A DNA stretch of 62,962 bases, the filler included, from Olpidium bornovanus S191 (lineage: Eukaryota; Fungi; Olpidiomycota), in NCBI GenBank assembly GCA_017911155.1. It is 33 parts of 33 records of this genome, joined end to end, with 100 filler letters (N's around TTAATTAATTAA, not from the genome) between each part and the next. Parts side by side here need not be neighbours in the genome. Positions count along the whole stretch, not along the records: positions 12,149 to 13,226 come from JAEFCI010008219.1; positions 13,327 to 14,539 come from JAEFCI010007785.1; positions 14,640 to 16,072 come from JAEFCI010004683.1; positions 16,173 to 20,260 come from JAEFCI010008347.1; positions 20,361 to 23,125 come from JAEFCI010002082.1; 28 more parts are not named here. One strand, 5' to 3'. Made by a program: the position numbers and the translations under genes. Positions 12,250 to 23,068 of this stretch are shown here, one piece after another. The first letter of the stretch is position 1, and the number at the start of each line of letters is the position of its first letter. A model generated the notes under the pieces. It was not told where the DNA came from and did no database searches. It worked only from the letters and a program-made list of their open reading frames with translations.

Positions 12250-12867
12250 TGCTGTCCGGCGTCCCCGACCCGTACATCAGGGACGCGCTGCCCGCGCTCG
12301 GCGCCTCGTACTTCAACGACCCGGATACTGCCACCTGCCCGCTGTTCGTAATCTCCCGCGCGTCGCTTTCACATACGCGCTCAACCGTGCCTCCGGAACT
12401 GAGAAACGTGTGGGTCCAACCACCCTCCTCCTTCCCGCCATTCTCCCGCCCCTCCTTCTCCACCCCCCCCCTCGCGCAAGCCGCCTCAGATTTCCCGCCC
12501 GTGCAGTTTCCCTGTGAAAAAAAAAAAATAGTTTTGCCTTGCCCTGCCCCTTGACCTAAAACGTCGGACTCGCCCGGTTTCGCAACCCCGTAGGTTCTGG
12601 GTGCACGAGATCTACCTGTCGCGCCAGTCCGCGCTGCTGCGGCGCCTTTTCCGGATGCGCCCGAGCAAGGGGATCGTGATCGCGCTTCCCCACCCGGACT
12701 TGTTCGAGCCGATCCTCCGGTACATATACACCTCCGACCTCGACCGGTGGCTGGCCACCATCACTTGCAAAAGTGCGCCTGCGGTCTTGGAGAACGTCGC
12801 CGTGCTGGAGATGGGAGACGGGGTCGAGAGGCTGCTGCGAGAATTCGTAACCCAATTATCACAGTAG
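12150..12867 (+). CDS. BTB/POZ-domain protein with N-terminal poly-Asp tract
   Basis: Exon 2 reads FWVHEIYLSRQSALLRRLF...IALPHPDLFEPILRYIYTSD, a BTB pattern. Exon 1 has a (GAC)n acidic run and YFNDPDTA. The exact splice donor is unresolved. Confidence 0.72.
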
Positions 12868-13326
12868 GCCGCCCAGGTCCCCGGGGCAGCGGAAAACAGC
12901 TTTTTTGTCTTGAGGACTGAAGGCCCTGTGGGATGGGTGGTGCACCCACGAACCGCGGACGATTCATTACAGATGTCCAGAACGGCATTCCCCTACACCC
13001 GTCGCGCACTCAAGTAGTGGGATCTGCCCACCACTTTCTTCAGCTTTGCTGCCTTCGAGAAATGCGAAACAATCACAAAAAAATGAAATCACGATTTATT
13101 GGAAAAACATAAAATGGGCCGTTAGCGCCTGCGGCCAGTTTACCGGTAAGCTACTTTCAACTTATAATTAACCCTCTTTCAACTGGGTTTCCTTTACCCT
13201 TCCATTTGTCCTGCAGCCTGAACATGNNNNNNNNNNNNNNNNNNNNNNNNNNNNNNNNNNNNNNNNNNNNTTAATTAATTAANNNNNNNNNNNNNNNNNN
13301 NNNNNNNNNNNNNNNNNNNNNNNNNN

Positions 13327-13374
<48 letters not shown>

Positions 13375-13517
13375 CAGGACGTCGGGGAACGCGTGTAATA
13401 TGATCTTGGGATGCCGGAAGCTTTTTCTTTTTTCTTTTATTTTGGGGTGCGTGCGGGCGAGCACGTGCGCACGCGTGAGTAACCAAAAAAAAATTTTCTT
13501 CTCTTTTTTTTTTTTGT

Positions 13518-14539
13518 TCACTTCCAGTAATTAGTAGTCTTGCGCCACTCGCTGGCCTTCAAGGGTCCCTTTCCGTACTTGGTGGATATGCGGTCGGCCA
13601 TTTTGACGAAGGAGGCCTTGTCCGCGTCGTTGCGCTCCTTGAGCTTCCGGCGGAAGTGCCTGAGCAGCACGACGGTCCCGACAACGACGGCGGCGGCGGC
13701 GACGACGACGGAGCCGATGATGATTGCCCCGCCTTTCGTGTCAACTGCTCGCGTGATGCGTGTGTGTTGTGAGAGGGAGTGGGTGGGTGGTTGTTTGTCC
13801 CGCACGTCGCCGCAGCCGCCGCCGTGCTCGATGTAAGCTCACAGACTTTTTCTCTCTTTTTTTTTTTTTTTTTTTTTTTCCAATTGCCTTTTGAAGCACT
13901 GGGCCCTCTCGCCAAATTTCCGCCGGTTTGATCTCTCTCTCTCTCTCTCTATCTCCTCTCTCCTCTTTCTCTCAACGCATAATCTTCCACCTCCCCCGGC
14001 TTACCCAAGCACGTCTTCCACCGGAATTCGCCCCCGGCGCACGCTGAGGCGGAGGCCGCGCCCATCAAGCCCCCGGAGACGCAGCGCTCCCCGTCGGCGT
14101 TCTGCGGGCACCAGCCGCAGTTCACGTAGCGCGTGCATTCGTCGCATGACGACGCGGACAGCGTGCAGTTATCCGCGCGCTCAAGTAGCGACTCTTTGTC
14201 TGGATTGCGTCGACCTCGCCGGAAAAAAAAAAAAAAAAGAAAATTTAAAAACATGAGAAAAATTGAGAAAAAGTAGAAATAATAGCGCATTATAAAAAAA
14301 GAGGCGCGGCGGCGGGGGGAACGGGATTTTAACGCAAAAAAAAAGAAAAAGTTACAACGGCAGTGATGATTTCTTTCTTTCTTTTTTTTTTCCCCTGAAG
14401 CGGGCGTTTTGGGGTTATCCGAAATCCAGAAAAAAAGGAAAAAAAAAAAAAAGAAAAAAGATAAAAAAACAGAGGCCGGGAACGTACAGGTCATCCCGGC
14501 GGCTGCCGTGGGGGCGGCGGCCAGCAAGAGAAGGCATGA
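13518..14539 (-). CDS. PTTG1IP-like type I membrane protein (signal peptide, PSI domain, TM helix, basic tail), 3 exons
   Basis: Exons read LLLLAAAPTAAAGMT|...CTLSASSCDECTRYVNCGWCP...RCVSGG...CAGGEFRWKTCL|VDTKGGAIIIGSVVVAAAAVVVGTVVLLRHFRRKLKER...RISTKYG...*. GT-AG junctions are present. Confidence 0.75.
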
Positions 14540-14639
14540 NNNNNNNNNNNNNNNNNNNNNNNNNNNNNNNNNNNNNNNNNNNNTTAATTAATTAANNNNN
14601 NNNNNNNNNNNNNNNNNNNNNNNNNNNNNNNNNNNNNNN

Positions 14640-15415
14640 CATGGACAGCATCACGTACGCGAACCCGATGATTCCAACGATGAGGGGTATGGCGATGAGC
14701 AAGGCTTCCAGCATTAGCTGGTAAGTGTCGTCTTTAAGCTGGAAGTATTGGAAAACCGAATAGGCCAGGCAGCAGAACTACGGGGAGCGTCCGCAGGACT
14801 GCGTCAACGACGTCCGCAGTGAAAAGATCGTAACAACCGCACCGCGGAGAAGAGAGAAACCACCCACGTTGAACAAGACGAAGCCGATGAGCTGTATAGT
14901 GTTCTGGTGGCGGATCTGGCGAACCCCAACCGGCGTGGCGTCAGCCACGAATGTCCACCGTTCCACCAAACCGCGGCACAGTTCATGATACGAACCGCAT
15001 CGAATCCTGCCCAGATGAGCCACCCCATTGCGAATATGAATATGAAGACGTACACGGGGATTCCCCTGCCGAATGATGGGTCGAAAGGATTTTCCCCCCG
15101 CCGGGACAGGTTGCCTATGTAAATCGCTCCGATTGCAGCTTCGATGGCCGTTATGACTGTCGCCTCCAGCAGTACTAGTGCGAGCGTGAGCCGGCCGGCA
15201 AAGCTGGTGGGATACTGGCAGAAAGGTTGTCGTGCGTTCAAAGAACGACGGGAAACAAAACATAACGTGAGAAGAGTCACAGCCGCCGCTGCCGCCGCTG
15301 CCCTTCGCAGCGGTCTATCTTCTGTCGTGGACAAAACAGGTGCCGATCCCGAAGAACTAACGCATCCTGCAAACCGGCGTCTCGCAGGCCGACCGTCGTT
15401 GTCTTCTGTCTTCAT
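14640..15415 (-). CDS. UPF0658-family fungal multipass (Golgi) membrane protein, partial
   Basis: Spliced reading GIPVYVFIFIFAMGWLIWAGFDA|IRHQNTIQLIGFVLFN|FCCLAYSVFQY matches the family signature IP.YL.LFIF...DA.R.KNTIQ.IG. Confidence 0.75.
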
Positions 15416-15921
15416 CGTGAAGGAACTGGGCTATGGAGGGTACATGCAAGCCGGTTTCTCGGTGGTGCTCCCGCCGAGGCCCCGGCAAGCCTTCGCCCCG
15501 CTCCGGGTTCGCCGGTCGAATCCGAACCGGGGCGGGGGCTGGGACGCAGACGACGTCGACGGTCGCACCAGAGCAATCGGGTGGCAGGCGGGGTTTGGTG
15601 GCGGAACGGCAGGCGGTTGACCGGGCGCCTGTTCTTCCGCCCCGAGGGTCTCCCTCCTGCGTGCGGTGCCCGGCGTCGGTTCCGCGGCGGGGCGAGCGGC
15701 GAAGGGGAAGCGGGCGTACGGCAATTGCGCTCCGCGGCGATCGGGGTCCCCGCCTCGTTTCGTGACGGCCGGTGGCGGGCCAGGGCTGACGGAATTTCCC
15801 GGGACGGCGGGCGCACGTGTCCGGCCTTCGTCACAGCAAGCCGCGCGGGCTGTCTGGCGGGGTCAGCGAATTCCGTCGGTTCGGGGCTTCGTTCTCCGGC
15901 GGCAGCTAGGGGTGGCGTTTT

Positions 15922-15953
<32 letters not shown>

Positions 15954-16357
15954 CCCCTTTTGAAAGACGCGACAAAACCATCCCCCCCCGGGGAAGGACG
16001 AGTTTTTGTTCCCTGACAGAGAATCCCCGCTCCTTGCCGGCCACCTGGCGCTACCCGGCGGTTGAAGACATGNNNNNNNNNNNNNNNNNNNNNNNNNNNN
16101 NNNNNNNNNNNNNNNNTTAATTAATTAANNNNNNNNNNNNNNNNNNNNNNNNNNNNNNNNNNNNNNNNNNNNCCATGGCAACAGCAGTCGCCGACTGGCG
16201 CGAAGTAATCCTCAGAACGCCGCTGGCCTCAGGCAGTTTTCCCGGGAGCTCAAAGCTCGGAGGGAAACAACCGCGCGAACGGGAATCACACTGGGCGTTA
16301 CCCGGCGCTATACGCAACAATTGACAGCAGAACCTGCGGACCCGGGAAGTCAACGGG

Positions 16358-18270
16358 ATGAGCTCCGCGACGCGGCGGTCGAGACAAGACGCAAGCGCGA
16401 TTTCGCGGACGATGACGTACAGTTGGCCCGCAAAATCCGCTGCCGCGGTGGCCACCCGACACCAAAGCGGCCGAACCCCAACAGCATCACCGGCCCGCCC
16501 GTCCACATCTGCCAGGTCGCCCAAACCCCCGAAACGAGGAGGTGCGGCGAACCGTGGCGCGGCCCAAGTGCACGCGGTCGAGGAGGGGGCGGAACAGAGG
16601 ATGATTGCACCGGCAGACGCAAACAGGTGTCGCCGGCCCGGTAGCGAACCCACAGCAGACAAACCTCTTTCGGTCCGCAATAAGCATCCCGACTGGAAAA
16701 GCGTATGGTGCCGGGTGAGCGCCAACTCCGTTTCCGCGGACGTTTTGGCTGCCGAACGAGCCCCCCTATTTCACCTGCGAAATCGAGTTCTTCAGCACGT
16801 GTTGGCAAAGTTTCAAAACGAACGGAAAGAGCCGTACGAGCATCTGGAGCAGCAGCAGCTGGAAGAGTACGTGGCCAAGGTACACCGGGCGGGTAACGCG
16901 CTCCGCCCACGGCTGCCGCGTCAGGCGACAATGCAATAGAGGGCCCGACGATCTTACGGCTCGTCGAATTGCAGGAACTGTCGAAGGCTCGCCTTTGCAG
17001 GGATAACGAGCACCACGAAGTCCTTAACCAGGAGCGGCTTCGGCTGCTGAATCAGTGCTTTGATCGAATATCCAGTCATTACCGAAGTTTCGCGCCTCTT
17101 CTTGCTGATATCAAGGTAAACAATCCAGGTTTCACTCATACCATTTCGGTTCCACTTCAGCGATGTTCACGCGGAAGGTTCCGGTCGGATCGGCTACTCA
17201 GCCTTCGAATGCCGCGCGTTCATTGCAGCGGGAATATTCCGATATGTTCCAAGCCCTGATCAACCAACAGTATGAAAGGGTGTACATCCGCACCAAAATC
17301 CAAAAGCTCATATCGGAAGGTCAGGATGTTGACAAGGTGATCCGTCAGCGCGATCGGGCGGTCCTCCTGGAAGAGCGAGCCGTGGAACTGAAGCGCGAAG
17401 AGGAATACCTGATCGAGCGGGCGAAAAGCGAAGAGAAGGAATTCATTTTGCGGCTCGTCGAGGGAATTCTTAGAAAGGTCAACGGCAAAGCCCCAGGTAA
17501 ATCAGCCTTCTATTGCAACGAGCTCGCGAGCTCGACGCCCAAATCAGCGTTTTGAAATTCTTTTAAGCACTCGGCCCGTGCGGCTTGCATGCCCAAAGCA
17601 AACAAATCTCAGACATTACTCGACCGGTGGTCGTTGCTGAATCAGTGGATGGAACAAGCGACACAGCAGGAGAACTGTGATCCCTTGCTGAAGGAGTTGG
17701 CTACTCGGATTTCAGACAACGTGAGAGCTAATCAGAAACGAGTGCGCGCCAAAACCTTTAGAGGAGGAGCGGCTGACAGGCACCACGTCTTTGCGATTCT
17801 TAAGGCTGACGAGGTTAAAGCGCATATCGAATCCTCTTGCGCGCCTCCGGAGGATGAAGAAGCGAAGGAACAGGAAGAGGAAGTGGCAGACCCGGGAGAA
17901 TTTTCCACCGACATACACCAAAAGTTAAAGTTTGTGAGGGTACGGTGTAATTTTCCAAGAGCAGCATCGTGCAGGTCCGTTCCGCCGGCTCAAGTGAGGA
18001 CCTCACCCGTACCTGCTCGACCATTCGCAGAGCGAGCTCAGAAAGCAGAACCAGATTTTCGAGCGTGACGGCCACCGACTGATGGTGCTCATTAACCAGA
18101 CGCAAGAGTTGACCGCAATTATGCAAAGAGTCGACGAAAAGGCAGCGCGAGTTCGCGCGCGGGTCCGCAAACTTAAAGCAGGCGATGACAGCGCGTTCGA
18201 GATGGAGGAGGAGGACTTCAGAGTTTTCAGCGTGATGGAAGAAGCAGTTTCCGAAGCAGCTTTGGCGTGA
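16358..18270 (+). CDS. Coiled-coil protein with TSNAXIP1_N-like domain (TSNAXIP1/CLHC1/C6orf118 group), 5' structure uncertain
   Basis: Exons ERLRLLNQCFDRISSHYRSFAPLLADIK|REYSDMFQAL...ERVYIRTKIQKL resemble the RL..F..FI..F..Y.PLL..IK.EY motif. Long coiled-coil exons follow, ending EEAVSEAALA*. Confidence 0.6.
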
Positions 18271-18629
18271 CGCGCTGCGCTGAAGGTTTCCAAATTCGTC
18301 GGTACAGCCGGAGACCCGAGGCAAAAAAAACAAAACTGCGGATTTATACGCTTCCTGAGTACATAAGTTGAGCCCTCCCCAGCCACCGACCGGCGAGCGC
18401 CGGCCAAGAGACGCTTGGAAAATCGTAACGTGCGCAGTGGCGACACTGTTGAGTCCGCCCGTATCGTACCGATGACATTTCGCGTTTTTGGCAAGCAATG
18501 CGTCATCCGACCTGTGCCAAATTCAGAACATTGAAGGACGCGCAACTTCATTGGGGCCCTAACCAGAAGATAACTTGCATTTCTCGCCGTTCCACGCAAA
18601 CGCCCCCTGGTGGTGGAGTGTAAGGCGGT

Positions 18630-19292
18630 TCACACGATCTCCCCAACGACGTCGTACCGCTTTTCGAAGACTATCCAAGGGTTTTTAGTCTTCAGATCTC
18701 TAAAAACGGAGGGAACGTCGGGCGGCGCGCCGTAACCAGGCGAAACCACTTACAGGCGAGCCAATCGTCCAGCACCTTGAGCTGGCGTCGAGTGCAACGG
18801 GGAAACGGGGGGACGGCGTGCACGACGGTGAGGAGCAGGGAAAACCCTCAAGTAGAACAAAATGCAGGTGCAGTCATCTGGTCGTAAGGTTGCACGAGCT
18901 TCCCCCCCCGCTTTCTCCCAATGCGCACCTCGCTCTCCGTGAGCACCGAATAGTCCGCGACACAGTCCTCCGGCTTCAGCGAGCTCTTTCCGAGTGCCCT
19001 CGACGCATCCTTTCAAAAGGCGGTCAGAAACGGCCGCGGTGCGGATTTATGGAGAAGGCGGGTTACGGCGGCGTACCTTTCCGGCAAAGACCGCGTAACT
19101 TCCGCCCGGCCCGTACGCCGCCCGGTTCGCGCTGACGTCGAAGACCACGCCCTTCACGGCCAGCCATATCCCCAGCGAAGGGTCCCCGTTTCCATCCCTC
19201 GCGGCCAGGTCCTCCGCGGTAACCTTCGCGCGGCCCTTCGCGCGCGGGGGCGGAGCTGCAGTTTCTGCGGAGCGGGCGCTGACGGCGGTCAT
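18630..19292 (-). CDS. DAP1: Cytochrome b5-like heme/steroid-binding protein (MAPR/Dap1 family), complete, 4 exons
   Basis: Exons read MTAVS...IWLAVKGVVFDVSANRAAYGPGGSYAVFAGK|DASRALGKSSLKPEDC...|LKVLDDWLA|FFEKRYDVVGEIV*, containing the YGP.G.Y..FAG.DASR and W...F..KY..VG motifs. Confidence 0.88.
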
Positions 19293-20360
19293 ATTTGGGA
19301 GGGGGCGCGGTTTCCGGCGTCTTGGCGTTTGGCCCCCCCCTGGTGGCGGTGGCGTTTTTTTTTTTTTTTTTTTTGCCTCTCGCGAGTGAGAGGGGCGGGA
19401 GTTGAAGGGCAACTTTATTTCTGCCTTACTTTTTCCTTGTGTGTGTGCGGACAACGCCGAGGTCCGAGACTTTCGACTCCCGCCAATCGTGGAAATCCAT
19501 GACGGTCGCCGAGTCGCCGCTGGCGCTGTAGGCGAACCGTATTGCCCGAGAGAGAGAAACGGTTGAATCAGCTTGGTGCGTTCCCGTACACGCACTTGCT
19601 GGATAATACACAGTGCTCCTCCGAGCTTTCCAATTCGCGAGCCAGCGAAAAAACTCCCCTGAACATGGCAGATGTCCTGCCGTTGCCGTGCGGACCACCG
19701 CGCTCAACAGGCGAGGAGTCGAACGTCGATGCGCCATGGCAAATGTAAGGAGCTCCAAACAAAACCGGTAGATAAACTTCGTTCAAGCGTGTCGTAAGGT
19801 ACCAAAACCAAGCACGTGACAATCACAAGAGTAGCAATCAACCGGGTAGTGCTAGCACAGTCAACAAAAGTGAGCGGGTGGGTGAGGGCTACCTAGCTAA
19901 TTCAACCATCCCTCTCGGGCTATACGGTTGCCTACGTCGCCTACAACGACTCGGCGACCGTCATTACCCTACGAATAAGGTAGGTTTCACTATTTTCTAG
20001 GCGGATTCAATGGAACTAGATTGGAAGGAGCTATCCGAAACGTCGTGGATAAGTAAGGCAGATTTGGCACGACTGGTAGAAGACGGGAAATCAATATGTA
20101 ATTCCGTTATCCAAATAGGCCGAAGGGCACGAATGGCGTGGCCACAAAGGTCACAGTGGCGCAACATTGTTTTTGGTGTATTCCACCGATTACGAGAAAC
20201 TTGCTCCAATGGTTGGCCTTTGGCCAATTTGCGCTGTAGTTTTGCTCTTTAACATCATGANNNNNNNNNNNNNNNNNNNNNNNNNNNNNNNNNNNNNNNN
20301 NNNNTTAATTAATTAANNNNNNNNNNNNNNNNNNNNNNNNNNNNNNNNNNNNNNNNNNNN

Positions 20361-20476
20361 ACAAGTCGCGGGAAGAGATGTTCGCCATCCAGGACCATTT
20401 TGGCAAGCCTATACAACCGCTGCCGGCCGACGAGCTCGATACCTTGGAGGTGATGCTTAAAAGGGCGCTCAAATAA
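20361..20476 (+). CDS. DBP5: 3' end of DEAD-box mRNA export helicase Dbp5
   Basis: KSREEMFAIQDHFGKPIQPLPADELDTLEVMLKRALK* resembles the Dbp5/DDX19 C-terminus (AIQ.YFG..I..VP.DD.D.VE...K..LK). Only this short piece is present. Confidence 0.6.
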
Positions 20477-21592
20477 CATGCTTGCTCCCATTGTATGTTT
20501 TTTTCCACGCCAAAAGCCCGGATTTTTCCTCGGCCCGCACAGCCCTTTTTGAGTACGACGTTGGTGAGGTGTCTTGCGGACGAACGCCTTACGTGGGCCG
20601 GAACGCCTTGTACGCTATGGGAGGGGTGGAAAAGGGGCTCAACGACAAGTTCTTGGAAGCTATCGCGGACCTGGTTCCAGCCGAGTTACGGGCGACTGGG
20701 AAAACGCGGAGCGTGAACTGCGGAAACGCCTCGGTTAGCCGGAGTTGCGAATACTGTACATCGGTTTGAACAAACTGCTCTGGAACTAATACGGCCCCGC
20801 GGCCAACAGTGCGCGCCGAGAGGAGGTGGAGGGAAAGAGGAGGAAGGGGAAAGCTGAGGAGAGGGATTTTTAATCTTCTTCCGTCGGGTGCGAATTCAAA
20901 GCGCGGGGAAAGTTGCATCCAAAGACCAGATGGTCAAGGTCTGAGCGACGCAGGCAGTAATCGTCGTCGTCCTGCAGCTCGCTCGCGCTTGTCGTGCGAT
21001 TCCCGGTTCGCGCGCCGCAGCCGAAATGGACGATGCGTCGAAGGAAGAAAAGGCCAGGGTCAAAAGGGACCAAGATCCGCCCCGCGGCGAAGTCTGGTCA
21101 GCGGGGCCGTGCTCCGCGTAGCAGTCACGTGGTGAGAGGGGGAAAGAAAGGGGAGTCTAGAAGATCGAAGGGGGGACGAGGGAGGCTCGACCGGGACACG
21201 CCGTGGATTTGTGCGCCGCGACGACGCCCCGCTATCGCCCCCTGTGCGTTCGTTAGGGAGCCCATACCCAATCTTAAAGGTCAGAACCGGATAGAGATTC
21301 TACGCCGATCAATAGAGCCCTCGTATCCGAGGTCGCGCGCTCTCCGTCCCGGTCTCGGTCTCTGTCCCCGTCTCCGCGTCCCGGGGTTGGCCGTTGCGTT
21401 GCAACAGGGAGCACACCGCCGCGACATTTTAACCCCTTCCCCCATTCGCGGTTTTAAAACCCCAACACAAACAGACTGCAAACCGACGAAAACAAGGCGG
21501 CCAGCCGGCGGCAAAGGCAACAGCAAGAAGTGAAGTGGACGCAGCCCCCTCCCCCCACGCGCGTGCGTTTCTTTCCTCCCTTGCCGGATAAG

Positions 21593-22222
21593 ATGACCGG
21601 GACCGAGCTGGAAACAAAAATGGAGGGTGGGTTTTTTTTTCGGCCGCCGCCAGGTGATGGAAGCGGTTTCGGTCGGGGGACATTGAACGGGCCGAACGAG
21701 ATGCTCCACCCGCTCCCGGTTCTCCCGGCAAGTACCTGACTTCAACGTGACGCGCTGCCGCGGCTTCTCTTCCGCACGAAAAAAAAAATAAAATAAAATA
21801 AACCAGTACTCTACGTCTCCGAGGACAACGGCAGCGACGCCGCGGGCGACGGGACGCTGCGGTCGCCGTTTGCGACGGTCTACAAGGCGGCGGAGTGCTG
21901 CGCGCTGCGCGGGCTGGTCGACGACAAAATCAAGGTGCAGAAGGCCGACGGGGCCGACTTCGAGGACGTCTCGAAGGCCGCCTTGAAGAAGGCGAGAAAG
22001 CGACTGGAAGAGGCCAAAAAGAAAGAGAAGAGGCAGCAGGAGGCCGGCGAGAAGGAGGCCAAGGCCAAGGGCGACGAGGAGGCCCGCCTGGAGGAGAGCA
22101 AGAAAATCGTCATCAGAGAACGCGAGGATCTGCCGAAAGCTCAGAAGGTCCGGGAGCGGCTCTTCTGCGCGCGGTGCACGCCTCCCTCGGTCCCGCCCCA
22201 CCTCCCCCCCCCCCCCCCCCCG

Positions 22223-22256
<34 letters not shown>

Positions 22257-23068
22257 CCCGCCCCTCCGCTACCGTTACCGCTACCGCCACCGCACTGTAA
22301 CGATGGGGCAGCTTTTGTTCTAAACCGGGCGGGGGGGTGTACCTTTCGCGTCCGCTTTTCGTTTCACGCGTTTTGCAGATAAAGATCAAACAAGCGGTCG
22401 CGTCCCGCGGAAAGCGCGTTCGCGTCTCCGGCTGGGTCCACCGGATGCGGACCCAGGGCAAGGACATGCGCTTCATCGTGCTGCGCGACGGCTCCGGTTA
22501 CCTCCAGTGCGTGATGACCGGTCAACTCTGCCACGTCTATGACGCGCTCACCTTGACTCTGGAATCGACCGTCACCGTCTGGGGCGTGATACAGGAGCTC
22601 CCCGAGGGGAAAACCGTAAGTTCCAACCAAGGCCGGGACAAAGACCCGCAATTTTGGTAGTCGGGCGTGCGCCGGAACCGTTACCGCCTCTCCACATATA
22701 CGCATATTTTTTAACTTCATTTGGTTTGTTTGCAAACATTCCGGCACTCGAATTGCTCGCAGGCACCAGAAAACCATGAATTGGTGGTGGACTACTGGGA
22801 AGTAATCCACAAGGCTCCGGGAGGGGATGATGCGTTCGGCAACAAGCTGAACACCGAATCAGACCCCTCGGTCCTTTTTGACCAGCGGCACCTCGTTCTT
22901 CGCGGCGAACACACCTCCGCCGTCATGCGTTGCCGGAGCGCCGTCATGCAGGCGTTCCGGGATCATCTCCACTCAGAAGGCTTCACCGAGGTCACCCCGC
23001 CGACCATGGTGCAGACACAGGTCGAGGGAGGGAGCACCCTTTTCGCCCTGGAATACTACGGCGAGACG
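21593..23068 (+). CDS. DED81: Cytosolic asparaginyl-tRNA synthetase, 5' portion
   Basis: It has the N-terminal extension (LYVSEDNGSDAAGDGT..PFAT; KAALKKA), the OB fold (RVRVSGWVHRMRTQGK.MRFIVLRDGSGYLQCV), RHLVLRGE, and motif 1 region EVTPPTMVQTQVEGGSTLF. Confidence 0.95.
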
